The notes: generated by a model from the sequence alone, not told the origin. 64,000 bases of DNA from Mobula hypostoma (GCF_963921235.1 NC_086108.1:11470001-11534000), one strand, 5' to 3'. Positions 25,443-40,100 are shown, counted from the stretch's first letter. Made by a program: numbers and translations.

Positions 25443-26619
25443 AATATAAGGCGATTAGAATGCTCTCCATAGTACATCTGTAGAAATTTGTGTGCCTTTG
25501 GTGACATACCAAATCTCCTCAAATTCCTGATGAAATATAGGCTCTGTTGTGCCTTCTTTGTAGCTGCATCAATATCTGGCATCCAGGTTATATCTTCAGA
25601 GGTATTGACACCCAGGAACTTGAAATTGCTTGCTAACCTGGATTCACCACTCTCTGGCTAAAGAATCTCCTCCTCGTCTCCATCCTAAATGGATGTCACT
25701 CTATTCTGAGGCTATGTCCTCTGGTCTTAGACTGCCCCACCATCGGATACATCCTCTCCATATCCACTCTATCAAGGCTGATCTGTGAAGTGACTAGTTG
25801 GTACAGTTCGCAGAGATAATCGTCCCAAATGTGAGACATAAAAGTCAAAGTCAGTGTACTATTGAAGTATGTATATATCACTATATACCACCTTGAGGTT
25901 CATTTTCCTGCAGCCATTTACAGGAAAATGAAGGAATACAATAGAAATTATGAAAAACTATACACAAACATCAGCTGACAAATGTGCAAAAGAAGACAAA
26001 CTGTACTAATGGGGGGGGGGTGCTCTTTCTTGTGGCAATGCTCCTTGTAAATGTGATAAATGGTGGGGAGGGTTTTGTCTGTGGTGGACTGGGCTGTATT
26101 CACTGCTTTCTGTGGATATTTATGTCCCTGGACATTAGTGTTTCCATACAAGGCCAGGCAACTAGTCAGGATAATCTTCAAGGTGCATTGATAGAAGATT
26201 GTCAAAGTTTTATATTCTGGTTTAAGATGGTGCGAATGAAGATGTTTACTGGTGGTTCATAAAGAAAGAAATACATCTAAATACTTCATTAATACTTTAT
26301 TAATGACACTTGTTCTGTGGAAAATTGTGGTAAACGATTACTGGAAACAATGAAAAGACGAATGAAGGCAAGGCTGAATGCAGGGTTGAGGTGTGCGGGT
26401 GCGATACAAAATTGGAGTGAGGTAGAGGAGAAGTGGTTGAAATGAGGTCGAGGCGTGCTTGAGCTTAGAAAAGTCAGAATGGAGGAGATTCAGATCTGTC
26501 CACTCAAATTGAGAGTGAGGTTTCATTGATCCAAGCGTCAGGCTGATTTGAAAAAGCTGGGTATGAGACAACATGTGGTGGCGGGGTCCAGGCCTAGAAT
26601 GTGACAGAGCCCGGGTCCT

Positions 26620-27432
26620 TTTCAAATCTTTTTATTGCATTATAATCAGTTAAATGAACATATCAATAATAACAATACCAAGAGAACAGGGTTACAATAA
26701 TAGCAATCATATATACAGACATAAGTTCCGAATATCATATCCAGACAGGTCCTCCGAAACTCTTGATAATTGAAACTGAAAAAAAGTTTGAAAGATTTGT
26801 TCAAGATAAAAAAAAACAAAAACCCCTAAACTAAGCAGAAAACAAAACAGGAAAAAAAACTGGGCTGCCATAATTTGTCAATTATAACTATTCTGTCCTT
26901 GACTCCGTTCCTCCTTCCATAAACAATTAAATATTAGGAAAAAGGATTCAAAAAGAAAATCAACTTAAGTCATATGTATGGAAATATTGAATAAAGGACT
27001 CCCACGTTTCCTCGAATTTAATCAAGGAATTAATTGTGCTACTACTGACTTTTTCTAGGTTTAAACAAGCTATAGTTTGAGAAAACCATTGAAGTGTAGT
27101 AGGGGATCAAAATCTTTCCATTTATATAAAATGGTTCTTCTGCCCATTGGTGTAACAAATGCTATCAAACAGCAGGCTGAAGATGATAAATAATTAGAAT
27201 CAATCATTAGTAATCTAAAAATTGCAGCAATAGGATGAAGTTATAAATCAATATGTAAAACTGCTGAACCAATATCAAACGTGTCATTCCAGTATTTTTT
27301 CAAAAGAGGGTGGGACCAAAACATATGGGTTAAAGAAACAACCTCAGAGTTGCATCTGTCACACATAGGGTTTATATGGGAATAAAAACGGGCTAGTTTA
27401 TCTTTTGACATATATGTTTTATGATCCACTTT
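26620..27432 (-). mobile_element. L1-clade LINE 3' fragment
   Basis: C-terminal CDRCNSEVVSLTHMFWS motif. 16-bp TSD ACAGAGCC[C/T]GGGTCCT 26604-26619 / 27433-27448. Confidence 0.85.
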
Positions 27433-28842
27433 ACAGAGCCTGGGTCCTAGTGTGAGGGATGGCCTGGTGCTTGGACAATTTAAACCTTGGGCCAGCTGGT
27501 TTGAAAAGACAGGGTGTTGGGATCAGAGGCGAGGCTCGGTCACACCTCCATAATGCTTGCTGTGGTCTCCGTGATGTCTTGCTCCGCTGTGTGGTGAACT
27601 GTACTGACTCTGCTCCAGCTGCTCTGGGCTTCGTGTCCTTGAATTCACTTTCCACCTAAATATTGTTGTTTGCTTTTACTGTTTGCATGATTTGTGTCTT
27701 TTCTCTTTCTTTGCGCATCGGGTATTTGTTGGTCGTTTCTTTAATTGGGTCTTTTGGGTTTCTTGTGTTATAGCTGCCTGTAAAGAGACAAATCTCAAGG
27801 TTGGATCATTTATGCATACTTTGATAATAAATGTACTTCGAACTTCAAACATGCCGAATCTATACAAACTTCTGAGAAAGTAGAGGCCCTGCAGACTGAA
27901 AGGATGATGTGACTCTTGCTGGTGGGGTCTCACTGCCCACGACATCAGGCTGCCACTTTCCTCCCTATCCAGCCTCATAGACACTCCTCAACCAGTCAGT
28001 GGAAAAGCAGAAGCCAAGGTGAAATCCTACCTTTTAACAGGAAGGCTGGAGTGTAATGGGAGGAAGATTACCACATTGATTCGGAGGCTTGGTTTGATCA
28101 CATCCGGAGTACTTTGCACAGTTCCAGCTATCCCACGTTGTTAGTGCTGGAATGAGTGAAGTGTTGGCTTACCAGGTCAATGACAGGGATCTGTACTATA
28201 CCAATAGCAGGGACTGCACTATAGGGAAAGATCATTGTCTATTTTTATATTGTCAATGATATGGTACAAATAGCTCAAATGGTTCAATTTAATATCAGGG
28301 AATACATTGTGTCACTCTGGGGGGTGGGGTGAGTGTGATGGACAGCACCCCCCCCTGCATTTCTAATGATCAGCACTGTTTATTGTTCTTGTTTTAAAAT
28401 GTATTTGTAGGATTATGGTGGGAAGTTTCAGTTCATTTATTGTTACATCTTAGTTTGGGTTATATAGTTATTCACATGTGCGTTTGTGAGACATCCTGAT
28501 TGTAACCAGGGTATGCAATAATTACCTCCTGCATCTGTATGTGACTGAGTGTGTTCTCTCCCCAGGTCATGGCGCCCAGTCTGTTTTGTGCTTCTTCATC
28601 TGTCATTATGGACCAAATGATCGCCACAGTATACACCAGACAACCTGATATTCTTACTCTTCAGAGACATTTGAAAAATTACAAAGAGGAGGGGTCCCAG
28701 AACAGATCCTTGCAGAACACCACAGGTCACTGACCTCCATGCAGAATACAATACCTACTGTGGGCAAGCCAATTCTGGATCAACAAAGCAAGGTCCCCTT
28801 GGATCCCATACCTCCTTACTTTTTGAATGAGCCTTGCATGGG

Positions 28843-29703
28843 GATGACTCTGCCATAGGTGGATGCATCAGCAAGGGAGATGAGGCTGAGTACAGGGCTA
28901 CGGTAGGAAACTTTGTCACATGGTGTGAGCAGAATTATCTGCAGCTTAATGTGAAAAAGACTAAGGAGCTGGTGGTAGACCTGAGGAGATCTAAGGTACC
29001 GGTGACCGCTGTTTCCATCCAGGGGGTCAGTGTGGACATGGTGGAGGATTACAAATACCTGGGGATACGAATTGACAATAAACTGGACTGGTCAAAGAAC
29101 ACTGAAGCTGTCTACAGGAAGGGTCAGAGCCGTCTCTATTTCCTGAGGAGACTGAGGTCCTTTAACATCTGCTGGATGATGTTGAGGATGTTCTACGAGT
29201 CTGTGGCGGCTAGTGCTATCATGTTTGCTGTTGTGTGCTGGGGCAGCAGGCTGAGGGTGGCAGACACCAACAGAATCAACAAACTCATTCGTGAGGCCAG
29301 TGATGTTGTGGGGATGGAACTGGACTCTCTGACGGTGGTGTCTGAAAAGAGGATGCTGTCCAAGTTGCATGCCATCTTGGACAATGCCTCCCATCCACTA
29401 CATAATGTACTGGGTGGGCACAGGAGTACATTCAGCCAGAGACTCATTCCACCCAGATGCAGCACTGAGCGTCATAGGAACTCATTCCTGCCTGTGGCCA
29501 TCAAACTTTACAACTCCTTCCTTGGAGGGTCAGACATCCTGAGCCAATAGGCTGGTCCTGGACTTATTTCATAAATTACTGGCATAATTTACATATTACT
29601 ATTTAACTATTTATGGTTCTATTACTATTTATTATTTATGGAGCAACTGTAACGAAAACCAATTTCCCCCGGGATTAATAAAGTATGACTATGACTCTGA
29701 CTA
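28843..29703 (+). mobile_element. Rex1/Babar-type LINE 3' part with an open RT C-terminus
   Basis: ORF 28834..29550: DDSAIGGCI..WCEQNYLQLNVKKTKELVVD..YKYLG..RLYFLRRLRSF. (ATGACT)n tail. Confidence 0.9.
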
Positions 29704-30042
29704 TCAAATGCCTTACTGAAAACCATATACACTACATCCACTGCTGTACCTTCATCAATGTGTTTTGTTACATCCTCAAAGAACTTAATCAGGCTTGTAA
29801 GGCATGGCCTGCCCTTGACAAAGCCATGCTGACTATCTCTAATCAGATTATGTCTTTCTAAATGCTCAGAAGTCCTGCCTCTCAGGATCTTCTCCAACAA
29901 CTTGCACACTACTGAAGAAGACTCACAGGTCTATAATTTCCTGAGTTATCTCTACACCCTCTTTTGAATGAGGGAACAACATTTGCAACCTTCCAATCCT
30001 CCAGTACTTCTCCCATCCATATTGAGGATGCAAAGATCATTG

Positions 30043-31892
30043 TATTACATACCTCGTGGGTATCTTGTGACTGTCTTATGACCATGATGTAATTGAGTGT
30101 CTTGTGAGCATGATATAATTTTCTTGTGATGGTGGTGTCACGTACTCCGTGACGGGGATAAAGGAACCAGCAGAAATAGAAACTACTTTGGAATCCAGTA
30201 TTGCTATAAACTACTGATATTTATTAGTAACTATGCAATACAGTAATATAAATGTAGATAAATCACACAGGTTAGCAATGGATATATATATGTGTGTACA
30301 TAAATCATTAAGTGTGGAAATATATGTATGAAAACCAAGCTTCTTTAAGTCTATGGGTAAAAAGATACAGTCTTATGATGTTGAGTAAAGTTCAGTTCAG
30401 TTCAGTTCTTGGTATGTAGTTGAATAGCGATGGAGAGAGAGAGAGAGAGTGAGTTGAGTCTTCAGGTGAGCTGTTGCCATCGATCTTCTCGTCGTCCTCC
30501 AAAATCCTTCACAAGTCACCGACTATGACTTTAACCAGGGAGACCGGATTTCCTGTGGTGGAGCTATCACCCCGGCAAGGGTGGACACATAGACAACAAC
30601 CCACCAGTCAACCCCTTCTCCTTCACTGGAATAGCAATTTGGATCAATCCGCCTGATCGATCCTCCAAAACCCACTTTCTCTGCGGGCACAACAATGCTC
30701 ATTCAGTGTCCAGATCATGTGTCTGAGGTCTGTATCATCTGACCTCCTATTTATTTCTCTGTGCTGAGCATCACCTGTTATTCAAAGAGTCCCTCCTTCC
30801 TTTGTCTGCAAAGAAATGCAAGCAGGCAACAAGTCCTTGAAAGTAACATCAACAATCTGCCTTCGGTCACCATAGCAACTTTCGAGCTGCTCGGTGCTGT
30901 CTCCAACTCCAAACTCAGTAAAAATCCAAAGTTACTTCCAATGCCTTAAAGTGACAGTCCAACCATTAATCTTCGTCTCTCTCTCTCTCTTTTCAAAAGC
31001 AACATATCGGTGGTAAATAACTCTCTCTCTCTCTCTCTCTCTCTCTTCAAAAGCACAGTTAATAGGAGTACTCCAGGATCTCCTCACAGTGGGATGATGT
31101 AATCTTACCGCCAGTGTGAGGTCACATGATGTAATTTTCCCACCAGTGTGAGGTCACATGATGACATGTTCCAACAGGTATATAAGGGGAAACCCCTGTT
31201 GTCATGCAGTTAGTTCATTAGTTAGCCCTGCTGCGTATTCATCTCATGACGCAGTTTCGTTTTAAAGTGGGGTTTTACTTTCTATTCTAAGATGCAAAGG
31301 TGGTTGCTGGCAGTTTCACCAATCACTGCCAATTTTTGTTTGTTACACCTTTGTTTTACCTTTACAGTCTAGTATTGGAGAGTGAATACCTTACCAAAGT
31401 ACGGGAACCCGAAGGATTGAGTAAAGTTGGTCTTGTTTGGTGGTTTTATAATGGATCGACCCTATTGAATCTTCATTCAGGAATAGTGGCCTGCATCTGA
31501 GATAACCCCTACAAGATCAGTAAGTTTTTTGCAGTGTTCACCCTCCAGCAGAAAGGTCAGTTCCTTTAAGTCGTTTTATTTCTTTCGTCATGAATCCTTT
31601 GGACAAGGCATCTCTCGGCTGGGATCAGCAGTAACATTACATCTTCGTAGAAATCAGTTTTCAGAGAAGTCTCTCCTTACTGACTGTATAAATCACTTGG
31701 ACTTTTGAATTTACCACTTTATGAACTGTTCCAGAGCTTGGCTGTTTGTTAAATTGCCGTATAGCAGATAACTTCCGGTTAAGTTAGTCGTTTGTTTACT
31801 TTTCACTATTGTTGAGCAGAATTTAATAAATGTTTATGTTTGTTTATAAAACCTGACTCAATTCTATATTCATTGTTGCTGACCATGAAACA
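30043..31892 (+). mobile_element. Solo LTR (outer), 4-bp TSD
   Basis: TSD ATTG 30039-30042 / 31893-31896. Termini TATTAC.. / ..GAAACA. TATATAA near 31179 and AATAAA near 31825. Confidence 0.75.
30136..31088 (-). mobile_element. Gypsy solo LTR (inner), 4-bp TSD
   Basis: Termini TGTCAC...CTCACA. TSD GTGG 30132-30135 / 31089-31092. Shares motifs with the LTR at 61060-61918 (aaccagcagaaat, ggcaaggg.ggacaca). Confidence 0.8.
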
Positions 31893-32361
31893 ATTGCCAG
31901 AGGCTCGATGGTCTCCTCCCTTGCTTCTAACTGTAGCCTGGGTATATCTCGTCTGGAAAGTCAGGAGATTGGAGCTGAGAGGGAAAATAGATCAACCTTG
32001 ATGAAATGTCAGAGCAGACTCAATGAGCCAAATGGCTCAATTTTGCTCCAATATCTTCTGGTCTTCTGGTCTTATGGTTTTATGGTTAGCTTTGGATCAA
32101 GATGCTTGTTAAATAGTCATGGTCTGATTAGGTTAAAAGCTGGGGAGAGTCATGCGTGCTTGCTGCAGGGTCTTCAGTGTCCACTGCTGGCCAAGTGCAT
32201 TGGGTGGTGAGCACATCTGCCCACTTAAATGAGTAACTCACTGATTCTTTTTAACAAGGATTTGACAGACTTGATGGGTCAAGTGGCCTGCCTCAGTTCC
32301 ATAGTGTTCTATAACTCTATACAAGGTTTTCAGAGAACTGTCTCAAAGTTCCATGGGAGTA

Positions 32362-32639
32362 TATCGGTTAGCGCAATGCTACACAGCTCGGGGTGTCGCA
32401 GATCAGAGGTCAATTCTGGTGTCCTCTGTAAGGAAGTTTGTACGTTCTTTCTTTGAGCATATGGGTTTCCTCCAGGTGTTCTGGTTTCTTCCCACGGTCT
32501 AAAGACATACTGGTTAGTAGGGTAATTGGCCATTGACAATTGTCCGATGATTGGGCTAGGATTAAAGAGGTGGGTTGCTGGATGGTGTGGCTTGTTGGGC
32601 CAGAAGTGTCTGCTCCATGCTGTATCTCAATAAATAAAT
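32362..32639 (+). mobile_element. V-SINE (HE1-like) copy
   Basis: V-domain atgggtttcctccaggtgttctggtttcttcccacggtctaaagac and tail ccatgctgtatctcaataaataaa. Confidence 0.7.
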
Positions 32640-32817
32640 CCCCCAAGAAAGAAAGGCAGAAGTTAGAGAAAGCTGTATCACTGGAGATCTAGCGGCTGAG
32701 TGCCTGTGTACATAGATCTTGGTCTGTACTTGTAGTGAGAGGCACTGAAACCTCCCTCCATTTTGCAACATCCACATTAAGCAACACCCACTGTAGTCTG
32801 AAGGACTGAATCAATGC

Positions 32818-33796
32818 TATGTCTCTTTGAAGAGAAGTGGGCTGGATGTGGAGGCTGGTGGGATGATAGGTTAGGACAAGAGGAACCCTATCGCTGGTAG
32901 GGTGGTGGGAAAATGTAGACTTGAAAAAGAGTAGACTTGCGTGAAATGGAAGAGAAGCGGTTGAGGGCAGCTTTCATGATGGAGAAAGGGAAGCCTCTTT
33001 CTTTGAAAAAAGAGGACATTTCCTTCATTCTAGAATGAAAATCCTCATCCTGAGAGCAGATGTGGCAGGGATGGAAGAATTAAGAGAAGGGGATGGCGTT
33101 TTTACAGGTAGCAGGGTGGGACGAGGTATAGTCCAGGTAGCTATGAGTGTCCGTGGGTTTGTAATAGACATCGACGGACAAGCTGTCACCGGACATAGAT
33201 TCAGTGAGGACAAGTTCCACTAGGTGGAGGAGAGTGGTGGTGGAGGGGAACTGGTTAGGTTTGGTGTCCAGAAAAAAGCGGAGAGCTTTGAGGCCTTTGT
33301 GGTGGGCGATGGAGGTGTAGAGGGTCTGGACATCCAGAGTAAAAATAAGATGGTGGGGGCCAGGGAACTTGAAATCCTTGAAAAGATCAAGAGCATGTGA
33401 GGTGTCACGGATGTAGGTAGGAAGACACTGAGCTAGTGGAGATAAAACAGAGTTGGGGTATGCCAATATGAGCTCAGTGGGGCAGAGACAAGCTGAAACA
33501 ATGGGTCTACCTGGAGAAGCAGGTTTGTGGATCTTGGGTAGGAGGTAGAAACAGGAGCTGTGGGATGCAGGGGTCATGAGGTTGGTGGCAGTGGATGGGA
33601 GATCCCCAGATTAATAAGGATAGTGAGGATGTGGGAGACAATGGCCTGGTGTTCCTTAGTGAGGTTGTGTTCAAGAGGTAAATAAGAGGAGGTGTCTGAG
33701 AGATGGCGCTGGGCCTCAGCTAAGTAGAGGTCAGTATGCCAGCCTGCTACAACACCTCCGTTATCTGCGGGTTTGATGGTGAGGTTAAGATTGGTA
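32818..33796 (-). mobile_element. Penelope-like element RT fragment with an internal deletion
   Basis: ORF 33080..33577: FYLLPKIHKP..PGRPIVS, TLDVQTLYTSI, YYKPTDTHSYLDYTSSHP..KNAIPFS. Confidence 0.9.
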
Positions 33797-34149
33797 GGAT
33801 AATGTTGAGCCTTTATAAGACATCAGTCAGCCCACACGTGGAGTATTGTCAACAGTTTTAGGCCCTATTTCTCAGAAAGGATGTGTTGTCATTGGAGAGA
33901 GTCCAGAAGAGGTTCACAAGGATGATTCAGGGAAAGAAAGGGTTAACATATGAGGACCTTTTGGCAGCTTTGTACCTGTACTCACTGTAAATTAGAATAA
34001 TGAGTGAGGATCTCATTGTTACTTACCAAACATTGACAGGACTAGATAGGGTGGATGTGGAGATAGTGTTTCCTATGGTGGGAGTATCCAGACCTAAAGG
34101 GCACAACCTCAAAACTAAGGGGTGACCTTTTAGAACAGAGGTAAGGAGC

Positions 34150-37100
34150 AGGTATCACGTTATAGGAAAAACAGAGACATGGCTGCATGAGGACCAAGGC
34201 TGGGAAATGAATATTCAAGATGTTACGTCCTATCGAAAGTTCAGACAGATGGGCAGAAGGGGTGGGGTGGCTTTGTTGGTGAGGAATGAAATTCAGTCCC
34301 TTGCGAGGGGCGACATAGAATCAGGAGATGTAGAGTCAGTATGGATAGAACTGAGAAATTGTAAGGGCAAAAAGACCCTAATGGGAGTTATCTACAGGCC
34401 CCCAGACAGTAGCCTGGATATAGGGTGTAAGTTGAATCAAGAGTTAAAATTGGCATGTCGCAAAGGTAATGCTACAGTTGTTATGGGGGATTTTAACATG
34501 CAGGTAGACTGGAGGAATCAGGTTGGTACTGGACCCCAAGAAAGGGAGTTTGTGGAGTCCCTCCGAGATGGATTCTTAGAGCAGCTTGTACTGGAGCCTA
34601 CCAGAGAGAATGCAATTCTAGATTTAGTGTTGTGCAATGAACCAGATTTGATCAGGGACCTCGAGGTAAAGGAGCCATTAGGAGGTAGTGACCATAATAT
34701 GATAAGTTTTAATCTACAATTTGAGAGGGAGAAGCGAAAATCGGAAGTGTCAGTATTGCAGTTGAACAAAGGAGCCATGAGGGAGGAGCTGGCCAAAGTT
34801 GACTGGAAAGATACTCTAGCAGGGATGACAGTCGAACAACAATGGCAGGTATTTCTGGGAATAATACAGAAGGTGCAGGATCAGTTCATTCCAAAGAGGA
34901 AGAAAGATTCAAAGGGGAGTAAAGGGCGACCGTGGATGACAAGGGAAGTCAAGGACAGTATAAAAATAAAAGAGAAGAAGTATAACATAGCAAAGATGAG
35001 TGGGAGCCAGAGGATTGGGAAACTTTTAAAGAGCAACAAAGGATAACTAAAAAGGCAATAAGGGGAGAAAAGATGAGATACGAAGGCAAGCTAGCCAAGA
35101 CTATAAAGGAGGATAGTAAAAGCTTCTTTAGGTATGTGAAGAGGAAAAAATTAATTCAGTCCAAAGTTGGGCCCTTGAAGACAGAAACGGGTGAATTTAT
35201 TATGGGGAACAAGGAAATGGCAGATGGGTTGAACAGATACTTTGGATCTGTCTTCACTGGGGAAAACACAAATAATCTCCCAGATGTAATAGTGGCCGGA
35301 GGACCAAGGGTAACGGAGGAACTGAAGGAGATTCACATTAGGCAGAAAATGGTGTTGGATAGACTGATGGGACTGAAGGCTGATAAATCCCCAGGGCCTG
35401 GTGGTCTGCACCCCAGGGTACTTAAGGCGGTGGCTCTAGAAAGCATGGATGCATTGGTAATCATTTTCCAATGTTCTATAGATTCAGGATCGGTTCCTGA
35501 GGACTGGAGGGTAGCTAATGTTATCCCACTTTTTAAGAAAGGAAGGAGAGAGAAAACAGGGAATTATAGACCAGTTAGCCTGACATCAGTGGTGGGGAAG
35601 ATGCTGGAGTCAATTATAAAAGATGAAATAGTGGCACATTTGGATAGCTATAACAGGATAGGTCCGAGTCAGCATGGATTTACGAAGAGGAAATCAAGCT
35701 TGACTAATCTTCAGGAATTTTTTGAGGATGTAACTATGAAAATGGACAAGGGAGAGACAGTGGATGTAGTGTACCTGGACTTTCAGAAAGCCTTTGATAA
35801 GTCCCACATAGGAGGTTAGGGGGAAAAATTAGAGCACATGGCATTGGGGGTAGGTTACTGATGTGGATAGAAAATTGGTTGGCAGACAGGAAACAAAGAG
35901 TAAGGATTAATGGGTCCTTTTCAGAATAGCAGGCAGTGACTAGTGGGGTACCGCAAGGCTTGGTGCTGGGTCCACAGCTATTTACAATATACATTAATGA
36001 TTTAGATGAAGGGATTAAAAGTAACATTACCAAATTTGCAGATGACACAAATCTGGGTGGCAGTGTGAAATGTGCAGAGGATGTTGAGATAATGCAGGAT
36101 GACTTGGACAGGTTGGGTGAGTGGGCAGATGCAGTTTAATGTGGATAAATGTGAGGTTATCCACTTTGGTGGCAAGAACAGGAAGGCAGATTACTATTTG
36201 AATGGTGTCAAGTTAGGAAAAGGAGAAGTGCAACGAAATCCAGGTGTCTTTGTTCATCAGTCACTGAACGTAAGCATGCAGGTACAGCAGGCAGTGAAGA
36301 AAGCAAATGGCATGTTGGCTTTCATAACAAGGGGAGTTGAGTATAAGAGCAAAGAGGTCCTTCTGCAGTTGTACAGGGCCCTGGTGAGACCACACCTGGA
36401 ATATTGTGTACAGTTTTGGTCTCCAACTTTGAGGAAGGACATTCTTGCTATTGAAGGAGTGCAGCGGAGGTTCACGAGGTTAATTCCTGGGATGGCAGGA
36501 CTGTCATATTAACCGATTCCAACCTGATATAATTTTTGCTCAAGAGACACATATCAGGGCGGGAGATCAAAATAGATTTTTTAGATGGTGGAATGGTTTG
36601 CAATTCCACTCTACTTCTCAGAGTAAAACAAAAGGCGTGTCTATTTTCATTAAACCTAATATATTTATTCAAGAGGATATTGAATCAGATTCTAATGGTA
36701 GATTTTTAATTGTTAAAGGAACAATCTGTAACAAAAAAGTTGTTTTGGTTAATTTGTATGGTCCTAACTTAAATGATCCTTCTTTTTTTAAAAAGGTATT
36801 TGCTTTACTGCCTGACTTAAATGAATATATGCTCATAATGGGTGGGGATTTTAATTGCTGTTTAAATCCTATGATTGATAAGAGCTCAACCAATCAGCGA
36901 CTTCCAAATCGATCCGCGTCATTTATTAATCCCTTTTTGATTGATTTTGGGTTGATTGATTTGTGGAGGTATCTTCATCCCGATAATAGAGAATATTCTT
37001 TCTTCTCACATTTATAAAAAATATTCGAGGATCGATTATATTATAATCGATCCCCGCTTCTTGCCTAGTGTTAAAACTTGCGAATATGATGCTATTGCTA

Positions 37101-40100
37101 TATCTGATCATGCGCCTCTGAGTTTGTCTTTTGAATTTGATGATGTCATTCTTGCCCGCCCACCTAGGCGCATGTCTCAGACATTATTGCAAAACTCTGA
37201 CTTTGTCAGTTTCATTGAAACCCAGATAAAATAATTTTTTCTTTTTAATGATATAGGGAGTATGTCGAAATTGGTTATATGGGATACATTTGAAGCATTT
37301 TTATGTGGTCAGACTATTTCTTCTTCAGCTAAACTTAAAAAACAAACTAAAGCAGAATTAGATAGAATTTCAAAACAAATTAAAGATTTAGATAGTATTT
37401 ATGCAATTTCCCCCAATACTGATTTATTTAAACAAAGGGTGGAACTTCAATCAAAATATAACCTGTTATTAACTCATCCCATTGAAGGTTATTTGCTTAA
37501 GTTAAAGAGCCAATTTTATATGTCTGGAGATAAAAATAGTAAACTGCTTGCATCTCAATTAAAAATGGCTGCAGCCAAAAGGCAAATTATGAAAATTCGT
37601 AGGAAAGATGGTACCTTAGCTCAGGAATATGAAGAAATTAATAAGATTTTTCAAGATTTTTATGTTGAGCTATATAAATCTCAATGTCCATTAGATTCCT
37701 CTAAAATGAATGCTTTTTTACGAAAGATTGTTTTTCCTAAAATCTCGGCTGAGGATCAAAAAACTCTCAATGCTCAAATCACTGAAGCCGAAATTCTTAA
37801 AGCTATTTTTTCAATGCAATCTGGTAAGTCCCCAGGACTTGATGGCTATCCTGTAGAATTTTATGAAAAATTTGGAAAGTTGCTCTCTCCGTATATGTTG
37901 GAAATGTTTAAGGATTCTTTTGTGAAAGGTGACTTACCCTCTACTTTTTATGAGGCTTCTATTTCTTTAATTCTTAAAAAAGATAAAGGTCCTACTGACT
38001 GTGCTTCATATAGACCTATTTCATTACTGAATGTTGACGCTAAGATTTTGTCAAAGATAATGGCCAATCAGTTGGAGAATATTTTGGGTAAAATTATTTG
38101 TAAAGATCAAACAGGCTTTATAAAGGGTCGCTATTCTTTTTCAAATGTCCGGAGACTATTTAACATTATATATTCATCCTCTTCTAAAACTCCACAATGT
38201 GTTGTATCTTTGGATGCTGAAAAAGCATTCGACCAGGTCGAGTGGAAATATTTATTCAATGTTTTAGAGAAATTTGGCTTTGGTGTTAATTTTAATAATT
38301 AGATTAAAATGATATATAAAGCCCCTATTGCTACTGTTGTCACTAACAATCGTAGGTCTCCTTTTTATCAGCTTTCACGGGGGACAAGGCAAGGCTGTCC
38401 ATTAAGTCCTTTGTTGTTTAATTTAATATTAGAACCCCTGCTATTGCTCGAGGCTAAAAATATCCATGGGATCTTTGTGAATGACACCATCCATAAGGTC
38501 TCTCTTTATGCTGATGATTTATTGGTTTATATATCTAACCCTGACAAATCCATTCCTGCCTTGCTAAAATTATTTAACGAATTTAGAGGTTTTTCAGGAT
38601 ATAAAATAAATTTTAGTAAAAGTGAATTGTTTCCTTTAAATGATTCTGTCTCTATATATGATAATACTCCTTTTAAAGTTTCAGACTGTTTTAGATATTT
38701 AGGTATTATAATTACTAAAAAATATAAGGATTTTTATAAAGCTAATTTTGTTCCATTAGTAGACTCTATGAAGTATTTATTTAGTAGATGGAGTCCACTT
38801 ACATTTTCACTTGTTGGTTGTATTCATATAGTTAAAATGATGATTTTACCAAAAACTTTATATTTATTTCAGAATATTCCTTTTTTTTTGACTAGGACGT
38901 TTTTTGATCGGATTGATTTCGGATTGAATAATAAAAGACCAAGAATTAGTAAATGTTATTTACAAAAATTGAAAAAGGATGGAAGTCTTGCTTTGCCTAA
39001 TTTTAGAATGTATTATTGGGCTGTTAATCTGCGATATATGTCTTTTTGGTTATACTGGGTTGATAAGAGTGATCGGCCAATTTGGGTAGACCTAGAACTG
39101 AAAGTTGTAATACAGTTTTATTTAACCTCGTTATTGGGAGCTCCTTTACCTATACAATTAGGTAAAGTTGTTAATTTAAAGCTATATCCTGTGATTAAGT
39201 ATTCTTTACAAATTTGGCTCCAGTTCCGCAATTTTTTTAATCTTAGTTTAATCTAGTTTAGTTTATCGAAATTACTTTTTTAAGCCTTCTTTGAGTGATC
39301 CAATTTTTTTTACTTTGGAAAAATAAAGGTATTAATTCTTTTTTGGATTTATTTAAAGAAGGTAGATTGATGGCTTCTGAAAAATTAATTGATAAATATT
39401 CTCTTTCATACTCACACTTTCTGCAATACCTTCAAGTTAGATATTTTTTACAAAAATATTTAAGTAATTTCCCTTACATATTGGAGGCATGCTATTATGA
39501 GTATGAATCCTTTGATTAAGGGTTCTATTGGAAGAATTCATAATTTATTATTACAATGGGATAAGCGTCCTTTATCTAAGATTAAACAGAATTGGGAAAA
39601 GGAACTTAATTTGACTTTTATGACGGAGGATTGGATGCGGATATTGAAGTTGGTTAACTCTTCTTCAATTTGTGCTGGGCATTCATTGATTCAATTTAAA
39701 ATTGTACATCATTATCACTTGACAAAGGAGAGACTTTCTAAAATTTTTCCTAATGTTGATAGTCATTGTGATAGATGTAAAACTGAGATAGCTACACTGA
39801 CACATATGTTTTGGTCTTGTTCTATATTGGAACAGTTCTGGAAGTCGGTTTTCTCAACAATTTCTAAAGCACTTAAACTTAATTTACAACCTAATAAATT
39901 AACTGTGCTCTTTGGAATAGTTCCTCAAAATATTCCTGGTATCTCTGTGTCTGACCAACATGTTATTGCATTTGTTACATTGATAGTTAGGAGGGCCATT
40001 TTGTTGAAGTGGAAGGATACATCAGCTCCCACTTTGTCACAATGGTTCTCTCAAGTGATGCTATGTCTTAGTTTGGAGAAAATTAGAAGTCGAACCTTTA

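Larger units (their letters stand above)
28660..31955 (-). mobile_element. CR1 RT fragment hosting a Rex1 copy and nested LTRs
   Basis: Segments 28660-28842, 29704-30042 (ORF 29625..29909 QHGFVKGRPCLTSL..SKAFD) and 31893-31955 are collinear. Confidence 0.75.
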
